Part shown: positions 39,571 through 48,640 of the stretch, one piece after another
Layout: each line of letters opens with the position of its first letter
Position numbering within the stretch: position 1 is the stretch's first letter
NCBI GenBank assembly: GCA_963743525.1
Contig: CAVUQH010000004.1
Span: 128,001 to 192,000, forward strand
Source of the DNA: an uncultured delta proteobacterium
GTDB lineage: Bacteria > Myxococcota_A > Polyangia > Haliangiales > Haliangiaceae
DNA: 64,000 bases
Direction: 5' to 3'
Notes under the pieces: generated by a model
What the model saw: only the letters and a program-made list of their open reading frames with translations
Databases searched by the model: none
Told to the model about the DNA's origin: nothing
Position numbers and translations under genes: made by a program

Positions 39571-39586
39571 CGGCACTGCTCTTGCT
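39571..39586 (+). promoter_or_regulatory. Sigma54-type motif CGGCACTGCTCTTGCT for the GT2 arm
   Basis: GGCAC-N5-TTGCT, 23 bp upstream of ATG 39610. Confidence 0.65.
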
Positions 39587-39609
39587 GTGGTTTGGCCCCA
39601 CCGGCCGCC

Positions 39610-40842
39610 ATGTCTTCTTACCCGATCTATCTGTTCATCTTCATCGTCTTCCTCAACCGCTACGTGTTCGGCCTCTACCTGCGGCTGGTGAAGGGACGAA
39701 AGTTCGATCGGAAGGTCCACGGCTACGAGCCGACCATCACGGTGGTGGTGCCGCTCTACAACGAGGGGCCGTCGATCTACGACACCATCGTCAGCCTGGT
39801 AAAGCTCGAATACCCGAAGGAGAAGCTGCAGATCACGGTGGTCAACGACTGCTCCACCGACGACAGCTACGAGTGGGCGTCCAAGGGCGAGCGCGAGTTC
39901 GACAACGTCCGGGTGCTGCGCAACCCGGTCAACATGGGCAAGCGCAAGGGGATCAACCACGCCGTGCGCGAGGCCACGTCCGAGATCATCGTCTCGGTCA
40001 ACTCGGACGTCATCGTCTACCCGACCGCGCTGCGCGAGCTGGTCGCCCGCTTCACCGATCCCGAGGTCGCGGCCGTCGGCGGCCGCGTCCACGTCTCCAA
40101 CCCCAACGACAACTGGCTGTCGAAGCTGCAGACCATCAAGTACTACTTCGGCCAGGAGCATCTGAAGAACATCGAGCGATCGCTGCGCTCGGTCATGTGC
40201 CTGTCGGGCTGCCTCACCGCCTACCGGCGCCACGTGCTGATGCAGCTCGAGCCGATCCTCGAGAACCGCAACGTCCTGGGCATCCCGATCAAGTACGGCG
40301 AGGATCGCTTCCTCACCCGGCAGATCGTCAAGCACGGCTACCGCACGGTGCTGACCATGGACGCCATGTGCTTCACCAAGGCACCGACCACCCTGCGCGG
40401 CTACTTCAGCCAGCAGCTGAGGTGGAAGCGCTCCAACATCGTCAACTACGTCTGCGGCCTCGGCCACGCGTGGAAGCTGCACCCGCTGCTGTGCATCCAG
40501 TACCTGTCGATGCTGCTCCTGCTGATGGTCTACCCGTTCGTGATCGTCACCCACGTGCTCCGCGGTGACTTCTTCCAGCTGGCGATGTTCCACGTCGCCC
40601 TGGTCGGCTTCTTCGGGATGATCTACCACCTCGATCCCTCGACCAAGCAGTTGCCGCCGTGGTTGCGCGTGCACCCGGCCGCGTTCCTGCCGATGGCGGT
40701 GCTGATGCCGGTGGCCTACATCCTGCTCACGCCACTGGGCATGTTCACCCTCGACACCGCCAGCTGGGAGACCCGCGGCCACATGTCCGGCGCCGCGCCG
40801 GCGACGCCCGGACCGGCCGGTGGACAGGGAGTCGCGCCATGA
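39610..40842 (+). CDS. Processive GT2 synthase, NodC/chitin synthase/hyaluronan synthase-like
   Basis: VPLYNE, VNDCSTD, GKRKG, V(N)SD, CLSG..AYR, GEDR, QQLRW, C-terminal TM helices and SWETR. Confidence 0.9.
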   Translation: MSSYPIYLFIFIVFLNRYVFGLYLRLVKGRKFDRKVHGYEPTITVVVPLYNEGPSIYDTIVSLVKLEYPKEKLQITVVNDCSTDDSYEWASKGEREFDNVRVLRNPVNMGKRKGINHAVREATSEIIVSVNSDVIVYPTALRELVARFTDPEVAAVGGRVHVSNPNDNWLSKLQTIKYYFGQEHLKNIERSLRSVMCLSGCLTAYRRHVLMQLEPILENRNVLGIPIKYGEDRFLTRQIVKHGYRTVLTMDAMCFTKAPTTLRGYFSQQLRWKRSNIVNYVCGLGHAWKLHPLLCIQYLSMLLLLMVYPFVIVTHVLRGDFFQLAMFHVALVGFFGMIYHLDPSTKQLPPWLRVHPAAFLPMAVLMPVAYILLTPLGMFTLDTASWETRGHMSGAAPATPGPAGGQGVAP

Positions 40843-41585
40843 CCGCGGTCGTCCTCGCCGCTCACCAGCCGTCGTACCTGCCGTGGCTCGGTTACCTGGA
40901 CAAGATGGCCCGCGCCGACGTCTTCGTGGTCATGGACGACCTGCAATACGAGGCGCAGAACTTCCAGAACCGCAACCGCATCAAGGTCAACAACGGCGCC
41001 GCCTGGGTGACGGTCCCGCTCGAGCGCGGCACCCAGAGCGACCGCATCATCGACAAGCGCATCAACAACCGCGCCAGCCCGCGACAGCACTGGCAGCGGC
41101 GCACCTGGCTGACCCTCGAGAACAACTACCGCAAGGCCCCGCACTTCGCCGACTACGCCGACGAGCTGCGCGACGTCTACACCCGGCCGTGGGACAGCCT
41201 GGTCGATCTCGACCTGTGGATGCTCGGGTTGGCGCGCCGCTGGCTGCAGATCACCACGCCGATCGTTCGCTCGTCGGACCTGGGCCTGGTCGGGCAGAAG
41301 TCCGACCGCATCATCGACATGTGCCGGAAGGTCGGCGCCAACGTCTACCTGTCCGGTGGCGGCGGCTCCAAGGGCTACCTCGATCTGCCCGCCTTCGCCC
41401 GCGCCCGCATCGACGTCGTCTGGCAACAGTTCGACCACCCCGTCTACCCCCAGCGCTACCCGGCCCTGGGATTCCTGCCCAACCTCGCCTTCCTCGATCT
41501 CCTCTTCAACTGCGGACCGCGCAGCCGCGAGCTCCTCCTCAATCCCCCCTGCGCCGCCCCCCTGCCCCAGGCCAAAGCGTCATGA
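40839..41585 (+). CDS. WbqC-like family protein
   Basis: HQPSYLPWLGYLDK, QNRNRIK, W.TVP, YLSG.G..YL, YPQ, LDLLFN.GP. Confidence 0.92.
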   Translation: MTAVVLAAHQPSYLPWLGYLDKMARADVFVVMDDLQYEAQNFQNRNRIKVNNGAAWVTVPLERGTQSDRIIDKRINNRASPRQHWQRRTWLTLENNYRKAPHFADYADELRDVYTRPWDSLVDLDLWMLGLARRWLQITTPIVRSSDLGLVGQKSDRIIDMCRKVGANVYLSGGGGSKGYLDLPAFARARIDVVWQQFDHPVYPQRYPALGFLPNLAFLDLLFNCGPRSRELLLNPPCAAPLPQAKAS

Positions 41586-42214
41586 ATCGCATCCTCGAAG
41601 AATCCGGTGGTCGCGTGCTCGCCTTCGGCGCTCACCCCGACGACCTCGAAGTCGGCGCCGGCGGGCTGCTCGCCCGGCTCGCCGCCGAAGGCGCCGAAGT
41701 AACCCTGGCCATCGTCTCGGTGCCCAACCACGCCGAGGAGCGCACGGCCGAAGCCCGCGCCGGCGCCGAGGTCCTGGGCGCAGACGACCTGTTCATCCTC
41801 TACGAAGAGGAGATGTGCCGGGTCGAAGACATCCCGATGCACGAGCTGGTGCGCCGCTTCGACACGCTGGTCGGCGACATCCGCCCCGACCTGGTCATCA
41901 CCCACTCGGCCCACGACATGCACTGGGACCACGGCCTGGTCAACCGCGCGACGCTGTCGGCCCTGCGGCGCACGCCGTGCGACTTGCTGGCGTTCCTGTC
42001 GAGCCCGGAAATGAACGCCCAGGCCCGGTCGCTGGGCCAGTGTTTCGCCGACATCTCGACCACCATCGACACCAAGATCGCCGCCATCTCGGCCCACGCC
42101 ACCCAGCTGCCCAGGCTGGATCTCGAATCCAGCCGCGACCTTGCCCGCGCCATGGGCCGCATCAGCGGGTTCGACTTCGCCGAGACCTACGAAGTCCTGC
42201 GGGTTCGCGTGTAG
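41582..42214 (+). CDS. PIG-L/LmbE-family N-deacetylase
   Basis: AHPDD.E, R.AEA, D.H.DH, KIAAI.AH.TQ. Confidence 0.9.
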   Translation: MNRILEESGGRVLAFGAHPDDLEVGAGGLLARLAAEGAEVTLAIVSVPNHAEERTAEARAGAEVLGADDLFILYEEEMCRVEDIPMHELVRRFDTLVGDIRPDLVITHSAHDMHWDHGLVNRATLSALRRTPCDLLAFLSSPEMNAQARSLGQCFADISTTIDTKIAAISAHATQLPRLDLESSRDLARAMGRISGFDFAETYEVLRVRV

Positions 42215-42244
42215 CCGGCCGAGCCGATTTGTTATCGTCGGCGC

Positions 42245-42889
42245 ATGTCAGCGTCGGCGACGGCCAAGCGCGCGATCAAGCGGTCGGTCAGGGAGGTGTG
42301 CAGCCGCACGCCGCTCGCGCGGCTGCTGACCTGGCACGGCAGTCGCGCCCGCCCGCAGGTGGCGCTGACCTTCGACGATGGACCAGATCCGCACTGGACC
42401 CCGCGCGTCCTCGACATCCTCGCCGGCCACGGCGCCGTCGCCACCTTCTTCTTGCTCGGCCGCAACGTCGATGCTCACCCGGCGCTGGTGCAGCGCATGG
42501 CCGACGCCGGCCACGAGATCGGCATCCACGGCTTCGACCACACGCCCCGCGATCTACCCGGGCAGACCGAACGAACCCGGCAGCTGCTCGACGACCTGGA
42601 GATCCACACCGATCTGTTTCGTCCGCCCGGCGGCGCGCTGGTGCCGTCGGCGCAGCTGTGGATGGCCCGACACCGGATGCGCACGGTGATGTGGAGCTAC
42701 GACCTGCACGACTCGATGCGCCACGAGGGCAAGATCGACGAGCGCACTCCGCTCGGCACCATCGGCCCCGGCGACATCGTGCTGATGCACGACGACAATC
42801 CAGTCTGCGCCGCCGAGCTGCCCGAGCTGCTGACAGCGCTGGCCGAGCGCGGCCTGACCCCGGTCACCGTGTCGCAACTGCTTTCGTGA
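42245..42889 (+). CDS. NodB-homology polysaccharide deacetylase (CE4)
   Basis: TFDDGP, ATFF, HEIGIHGFDH, FRPPGG, IVLMHD. Confidence 0.92.
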   Translation: MSASATAKRAIKRSVREVCSRTPLARLLTWHGSRARPQVALTFDDGPDPHWTPRVLDILAGHGAVATFFLLGRNVDAHPALVQRMADAGHEIGIHGFDHTPRDLPGQTERTRQLLDDLEIHTDLFRPPGGALVPSAQLWMARHRMRTVMWSYDLHDSMRHEGKIDERTPLGTIGPGDIVLMHDDNPVCAAELPELLTALAERGLTPVTVSQLLS

Positions 42890-42891
42890 CC

Positions 42892-43755
42892 ATGGCCAAC
42901 GACCGCGGAGACCTGACCGTAACCGCGCTGTACACCGCGGAGACCTGGCGGTGGGGCGGGTTCGCCGAGGCCGAGCTCCTGGCCAGCAAGCGCGGGCGCG
43001 ACGTCTTCAATGCCACCAACCTGGCCATGGGCGCCGCGCGCCTGCTGCGCCCGCGGCTGCCGTCGCTGCCGCACAGCCTGGTCTTGCGCCACGCGATGAT
43101 CGATCACCTGATCGCCGGCTCCGGCTGCCGGCAGGTGCTCGAGCTGGCCGCCGGACTGTCGCGCCGAGGCGCTGCCATGTCGGCCGACCCGGAGATGCGC
43201 TACACCGAGGTGGATCTTCCCGCCGTGGTCGCCGAGAAGGAGCGCCTGCTCCGCCGCAGCGAGCACGGCGCCGAGGTCGCCGACCGCGCCAACCTCCACC
43301 GGGTGAGCGGCGACGTGCGCGAGATCGACCTGGCGTCGCTGGTCAACGACGGCCCGCTGTACATCGTCGCCGAAGGGCTGCTGATGTACCTGCCGGCCGA
43401 CGAGCAAAAGGCGCTGTGGCGGCGATTGGCCGCCCTGCTCGACGGACGTCCCAACAGCGCGCTGGTATTCGACCTGGTGCCATTCTGCGAGCAGCCCAGG
43501 CCTGGCGCCGTCGGCCGCAGTCTCGGCTGGCTGTTCGGCCGCTTCACCCGCGGCGGCTCGTTCGCCTTCGACGAGCGCACCCGGGCCGATCTTTCGACCG
43601 ACCTGCGCGAGTGCGGCTTCGCCGAGGTCAACATCTACGACCCGGCCGAGGTCGCCGAGCTCGACGTGCCCGCCGCCGGCCGGCCCACGCAGGCGCTGGT
43701 CTGGCTCACGAGAACAGCCGCGCCACCCGCAGGAACTTCCACCGACTCCCCTTGA
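42892..43755 (+). CDS. Class I SAM methyltransferase (LCM/TcmP-like)
   Basis: TALYT, RH..ID, QVLELAAGLS.RG, EVDLP, IVAEGLLMYL. Confidence 0.85.
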   Translation: MANDRGDLTVTALYTAETWRWGGFAEAELLASKRGRDVFNATNLAMGAARLLRPRLPSLPHSLVLRHAMIDHLIAGSGCRQVLELAAGLSRRGAAMSADPEMRYTEVDLPAVVAEKERLLRRSEHGAEVADRANLHRVSGDVREIDLASLVNDGPLYIVAEGLLMYLPADEQKALWRRLAALLDGRPNSALVFDLVPFCEQPRPGAVGRSLGWLFGRFTRGGSFAFDERTRADLSTDLRECGFAEVNIYDPAEVAELDVPAAGRPTQALVWLTRTAAPPAGTSTDSP

Positions 43756-44065
43756 TCTTGACGTCGCCGCGCAGGTAAGCGCGCAGGCCCGACGCTCCCT
43801 GATTGAGGCGGCGCCAGGTGTCGACCGACATCGTCAGGGTGAACGACGGCCTGGGGTGCTGGCCCTCCGCCACCTCGACGGCGCCGGCGCCGAGCGCGAA
43901 GTAGTACCAGCCGCCGTCGTCGCCGGTCAGATGGAACTGGGCGACCGCCTCGAACTTGCCGAAATGATCATCGGCGCCGTCGTGGGCGCGCAAGAGCTCG
44001 GGGATCCACTCGAGGAAGTAGCGGCGCGGCTCGTCGAGGTACTCCTGGGGCACACCTTCGCTCAT
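43706..44065 (-). CDS. SCP2 sterol-binding domain protein
   Basis: QFHLTGDDGG.Y, P..TLTM, AYLRGDVKIKG. Confidence 0.85.
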   Translation of the reverse strand: MSEGVPQEYLDEPRRYFLEWIPELLRAHDGADDHFGKFEAVAQFHLTGDDGGWYYFALGAGAVEVAEGQHPRPSFTLTMSVDTWRRLNQGASGLRAYLRGDVKIKGSRWKFLRVARLFS

Positions 44066-44171
44066 CCGGCGCAGGGTACGTCGAACCGGTCGTGCGGTGT
44101 CGCGAATCGCCTGATTTCCGCCGGTTGCAAGTCAGTAGAGCGTCGGGCCCGGGTATGCGTTCCCAACAACT

Positions 44172-45638
44172 ATGGATGTGTCCCTGGTCCTGACCCACCG
44201 CTGCAACCTCGACTGCGGCTACTGCTACGCCGGCGAGCACCACCGGGCGATGATGCCGCCCGAGACCGTCGATCGCTCGGTCAACCTGATGTTCGACGAC
44301 GCCGGCGACACGGTGCAGCTGAGCTTCTTCGGCGGCGAGCCGTTCCTCGCGTTCGAGACCATGAAGCAGGCGGTGGTGCGCGCCCGCAGCCGCGCCGCGT
44401 CCACCGGCAAGAGCCTGCTCATCCAGTGCACGACCAACGGCTCGGTGGTGCGCGACGAGCACGTCGCCTTCGTTCGCGACAGCGGCATGCGCTGCACGGT
44501 GTCGATCGACGGCGTGCGCGAGGCCCACGATCTCAACCGGCCGTGCGGCGGCGGCGGCTCCAGCTTCGACCAGGTGCTGGCCGGACTGCAGCGGCTGATT
44601 CACGGCGGCTGCGATCCCGACGCGATGATGGTGATCACGCCCGAGACCACGCCGTACCTGTTTCGATCGGTCTGCTTCCTGTGGGACCAGGGCGTGCGCA
44701 AGGTGCGCGCGAACGTGCAGCTCGACGCACCGTGGACCACGGCCGACCGCGACGAGCTGCGCGAGCAGCTGCTGGCGGTGAGCGGCGAGCTGGTGGCCCG
44801 CCGCGCCCGCGGCCAGCGGGCGGTGTTCGTGCCGTTCGAGGCCGGCATGCGCAAGGAGCGCGAGCGCGCCCAACGCCGCTCGCTGCTCGGCATCGCCCCG
44901 GTGACCGCGGCCGCCTGCGGCGGCATCCCCGAGAAGCGGGCGCAGATCGTCGTCGGCACCACTGGCAACCTCTATCCCTGCGCGCCGATGGTCGGCGAGG
45001 ACCGCGACGACGGCCCCGAGGCCGCCCTGCGCCTGGGACACCTCGACGACGGTGCCGCCGCCATCAACGAAACCGTGCGCCGTCGCGGCGCCGGCTGCGG
45101 CGACGGCAAGGGCTGCGCCTGCGCCGCCTATCTCGAGACCGGCGACCGCGACACCCCCGGCGCCAACGGCGCCTGGTACGCCCGCGTCTGCGAACAATTC
45201 GGCGCCGCCATCGTCATCGCCCTGGCCGACCTGCCGGGGCAGCGCGACCGCATCGGACGCCGCCCGTTCCTGTTCGGCCTGGCCGCGGCCGGCGGCGTCG
45301 CCCTGGCCACGCCGGCGCTGATCCAGGCCGGCCTGTTCGGCGGCGGCGAAGAGACCGACAAGGGCTGCAACATCGCCGGCGGCATCGCGCCGCCGCCCGA
45401 ACCGCCCGTCGTGGAAACGCCGCCGCCGCCGGTCGAAGATGTCGACGGTGCCATGGTGATCGAACCGGAGCCGCCGCCACCGCCGCCGCCGCCGCCGGAG
45501 CCGCTGGTCAAAGGTGAGATGAAAGCCCCGCCACCGCCGCCCGGACAGATGCTGGCGCCGCCTCCTCCACCGCCGCCGAAACCGAAGCCGGAGCCGCCGC
45601 CCGAGAAGAACGAGATCGTCCGCGGCGACATCGAATAG
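44172..45638 (+). CDS. Radical SAM/SPASM-like maturase (anSME-like) with fused Tat-like segment and Pro-rich tail
   Basis: CNLDCGYC, FFGGEP, TTNG, SIDG...HD.NR, GNLYPC, further Cys; tail 'RRPFLFGLAAAGGVALA' plus poly-Pro. Confidence 0.88.
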   Translation: MDVSLVLTHRCNLDCGYCYAGEHHRAMMPPETVDRSVNLMFDDAGDTVQLSFFGGEPFLAFETMKQAVVRARSRAASTGKSLLIQCTTNGSVVRDEHVAFVRDSGMRCTVSIDGVREAHDLNRPCGGGGSSFDQVLAGLQRLIHGGCDPDAMMVITPETTPYLFRSVCFLWDQGVRKVRANVQLDAPWTTADRDELREQLLAVSGELVARRARGQRAVFVPFEAGMRKERERAQRRSLLGIAPVTAAACGGIPEKRAQIVVGTTGNLYPCAPMVGEDRDDGPEAALRLGHLDDGAAAINETVRRRGAGCGDGKGCACAAYLETGDRDTPGANGAWYARVCEQFGAAIVIALADLPGQRDRIGRRPFLFGLAAAGGVALATPALIQAGLFGGGEETDKGCNIAGGIAPPPEPPVVETPPPPVEDVDGAMVIEPEPPPPPPPPPEPLVKGEMKAPPPPPGQMLAPPPPPPPKPKPEPPPEKNEIVRGDIE

Positions 45639-45672
45639 CCCTCCAGCCGGCCGCGTGTACTAAGGTCGGCCG

Positions 45673-46684
45673 ATGCGCTCCCTGCTTCCTCGCGCTCGCC
45701 CTCCTTGCGTGCAACACCGACGCCAAACCGCGCCGGAAACCCCGAGGCGCCCGGGCTCGCCCGCGGAGACCGCGAAACAGCGCCGGCTTCGACCTCCGCA
45801 CAGAGCAAACCTGAATCGTGTGACTGGAGTGGACCGGAGTTCGATGCGGACGCTCCACCGCAGCCGCCCGCTCCGGTCGAGGCGTGGAGAAACCAGGGCG
45901 CGAGCCCAGACGAGCATACCGCTACCCATCGCGCAAGGGACACTGGTTCGACGTCGAGGCGCACAGGAAGGACGCGGGTACCTCGGCGCAAAGTCCGAGT
46001 GGGGGGCTGGATGGGTCACGATGCCCGAGACGGTTCAGCCCTGGAGCATCGACCTGGGAGATGTGAATCGAAGGGAGCGCGGCTGGTAACCGTTACGCCG
46101 GGCACGCCGCGCTTCCTCCACGAAGGCTCGCTGGATTCGGAGCCGAACCAACCTCCCGGCGAGAAGCTGTTGGATTGCACACGATGACAGAGGTGGCGTT
46201 ACTCGAGTCGGCCAGCGGCTGCCGTTCGCGACTGGTCCCCAGAGGGCGATTGATCCCTGCCAACCAGGCCTCGCTGAGATTCACCGACGTCGGCTCTCTG
46301 TTTCCAAGACTCCCTGCTGAGCCGATCGGGCCCGGCGCAGTGTGGACCATCAAGCGCGCGATGACCGGGGGCTCTCCGTTCGCCGCGCTCGTTCGGTACG
46401 AGCTGCTTTCTGTGGACGGCGACCGGTTGCGAATCCGCTTCGACATGCGGACTGACACAGGACCCGAGCGACAGCGTGTCGATGGTGACCCTGCGGAGAT
46501 CAACAACACCATGCACGTCGCTGGCGAAGCAGTCGTCGATTTCGCCGGCAGCCAATGGAGCGGACAGTGGACCATGACGGGGACGATGGAGACGAAGGTG
46601 TGCAAGGCGAAGCTACTCGAGAATAATCAGCTCGGCTTCGAGTCGCACTACACCATCACCGCGGCCCCGCCGGCCGCACCGTGA
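45673..46684 (+). pseudogene. Multiply frameshifted lipoprotein gene (DUF6263-like segments)
   Basis: LALALLAC signal, PGREPRRAYRY and LPAEPIGPGAVW lie in different frames; codon bias is weaker than in neighbours. Confidence 0.5.
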
Positions 46685-46781
46685 CCGAATGCGCTGGTCA
46701 GTCGGCGCCGTGGTGGTGGAGCCCGCAGCGCCCTGACCGAGGGACTGCGACGGTGACGCATCTGCACCGACCCGACGTGGA

Positions 46782-47516
46782 TCAGGGGGCGGTGAGGTCC
46801 AGCGAGCCCAGGTTGCGCTCGACCGTGGCGAGATCGTCGGTGAGGGAGACGATGACGTCGTAGGTTCCCGGGCTGGCACCGCCGAGATCGAGCGTCGCCG
46901 TGCCGCGACCGTCGTGCAGGGCGATGGCCACCACCACGTCGTCGCCCGTGGTCGGCCGCAGCAGCACGGTGCCGTCGACCAGGTCGCCGTCCGGGTCGCT
47001 GATGGCGTAGGTCAGATCGACCGCGTCGGCGGTGGTTGCGCTCGCGGGCAGGCTGCCCGGGTCGATGGTCGGATCCTGGTTGTCGGCTCGCTCGCCCAGC
47101 GCAGGGTGATCGGGGTCACCGTTGTCGAACGCCCGCTGGCTCCAGTTCTCCAGCGTCTTCTTCTCGGCGTCGGTGAGCGGGATGCTCGGCGGCATGTCGC
47201 CGGCGGTGACCGCGCGCGAGACGATGTTGGCGTTGGACAGCGCGGCGCCGGGGATGTCGGTGACCATCATCGGCCCACTGGGGGTGTCGATGGAAATCGG
47301 GGTGATGAGCGGCGTGCTGCCGTACTTGTCCAGGCGGAACGCGAGCGGGTTGGTGCCGACTTCGGGCGCGCCACCCGCGGTCGGGACGCCGTGACAGCGC
47401 ACGCAGTTGGCGACCAGGATCGGCTGCACGTCGTCGATCCAGGTCGGGTCGGACGGCGCGCTGGCAGCGCAACCGGAGGCGAGGAGGATCGGAACGAAGA
47501 GGAGTGTGGTGCGCAT
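46782..47516 (-). CDS. Monoheme c-type cytochrome lipoprotein with C-terminal Ig-like domain
   Basis: ASGC lipobox; PTW..DVQPIL..NCVRCHG, MPP, L..W. Confidence 0.82.
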   Translation of the reverse strand: MRTTLLFVPILLASGCAASAPSDPTWIDDVQPILVANCVRCHGVPTAGGAPEVGTNPLAFRLDKYGSTPLITPISIDTPSGPMMVTDIPGAALSNANIVSRAVTAGDMPPSIPLTDAEKKTLENWSQRAFDNGDPDHPALGERADNQDPTIDPGSLPASATTADAVDLTYAISDPDGDLVDGTVLLRPTTGDDVVVAIALHDGRGTATLDLGGASPGTYDVIVSLTDDLATVERNLGSLDLTAP

Positions 47517-47527
47517 GAGGATCCTCG

Positions 47528-48640
47528 TCACAGGTAGTAGTGCACCATCAGGAAGCCGAGTATCGAGTGGGTGTCGCCGATCTGCTCGCCGCGGCCCATC
47601 AGCATGACCTCCCAGTGCGAGCGCGGAAAGAACTGCACCATCACGTCGGCGGCGTCGCGCGCGGTGTCGGCGACCGACAGGTCCTCGGCGTAGTGCTCGA
47701 CCGCGGCGCCGATCATCACGCCCTGCGCCGGGAAGTAGCTGAGGTTGAGGTGGCCCAGGAGCTGGCTCCGCGGGTTGGCGTCGATGCTCTCGCGGGCGCC
47801 GTTGACCTCGGCCATGACCAGTAACTTGGGCCCGTCGAGGTACCACTTGCCCGTGGCGCCTGCGATGTAGCGGGTACGCACGCTGGTCTTCTCGAGCTTG
47901 GCCTGTAACCCCCAGCGCAGGCTGCTGCTCACGGCGCGCTCGTACATGATCGATCCGCCGTACGGTCTGCCCGCCCCGGCCTGCACCGGGTCGGGCGCCG
48001 AGGCGGTGGCGTGGAGCTCCCAGTCGTCCTCGACGACGCCACCGGAGAGGTTGTAGGTCTCCTCCCACGAGTAGAAGCCCATGTAGCGGCGCACGTACAT
48101 GGTGTGGTCGACCTGGCGCAGGCCGAACGGAGCGTAGAAGCGACCGATGCGCACGTACGGCCCGGTGGTGCCCGGCTGCCACATCAGGTAGTGCTCGCGC
48201 GATCCCAGCGGCGGCCGAGGGAAGCCGCGCGCAGCGCCGCGTCCGCCCAGGGTCACCGACAGCGACAGCGACTTGCTGAAGGCAAAGCGACTGTAGATGT
48301 CGGCCTGCATGGGAAACAGCAGCAGCTCGCTCTCGGAGGTGTCCGACGCGCTCTTGATGCCGGTGACGCCGCGGAAGTCGGCGCCCAGCGCCAGCCACTT
48401 GGGCGGCTCCCAGGCACCGTAGAGGAACTCGTCGTCGCCGCCGCGGCTGATGGTATCGGCCGCTTCCGACCGGCCCCAGTCGCGCAACAGGCCACCGCCG
48501 GCCGGCGAGTAATGGCACTCGCCGCAGCGGTTGGTGCCGCTGGACAGCTGGAACTGCGGGTAGGCCAGCGCCGTGCCCGACGAGGCTGCCAGCGCGACCA
48601 GCGCCGCGGCCAGCGACAGAAGCAGAACCTGGCGTCGCAT
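47528..48640 (-). CDS. Cytochrome-porin fusion: N-terminal CxxCH plus outer-membrane beta-barrel
   Basis: Signal peptide; AYPQF..CGECH..GGGLL..GR; amphipathic strands, RIGRFYAPFG, terminal VHYYL. Confidence 0.78.
   Translation of the reverse strand: MRRQVLLLSLAAALVALAASSGTALAYPQFQLSSGTNRCGECHYSPAGGGLLRDWGRSEAADTISRGGDDEFLYGAWEPPKWLALGADFRGVTGIKSASDTSESELLLFPMQADIYSRFAFSKSLSLSVTLGGRGAARGFPRPPLGSREHYLMWQPGTTGPYVRIGRFYAPFGLRQVDHTMYVRRYMGFYSWEETYNLSGGVVEDDWELHATASAPDPVQAGAGRPYGGSIMYERAVSSSLRWGLQAKLEKTSVRTRYIAGATGKWYLDGPKLLVMAEVNGARESIDANPRSQLLGHLNLSYFPAQGVMIGAAVEHYAEDLSVADTARDAADVMVQFFPRSHWEVMLMGRGEQIGDTHSILGFLMVHYYL

Noticed and set aside
39610..43755. True rhizobial nod cluster
   Set aside because: No NodA acyltransferase, NodIJ or NodD; the methyltransferase is LCM-like rather than NodS-like.
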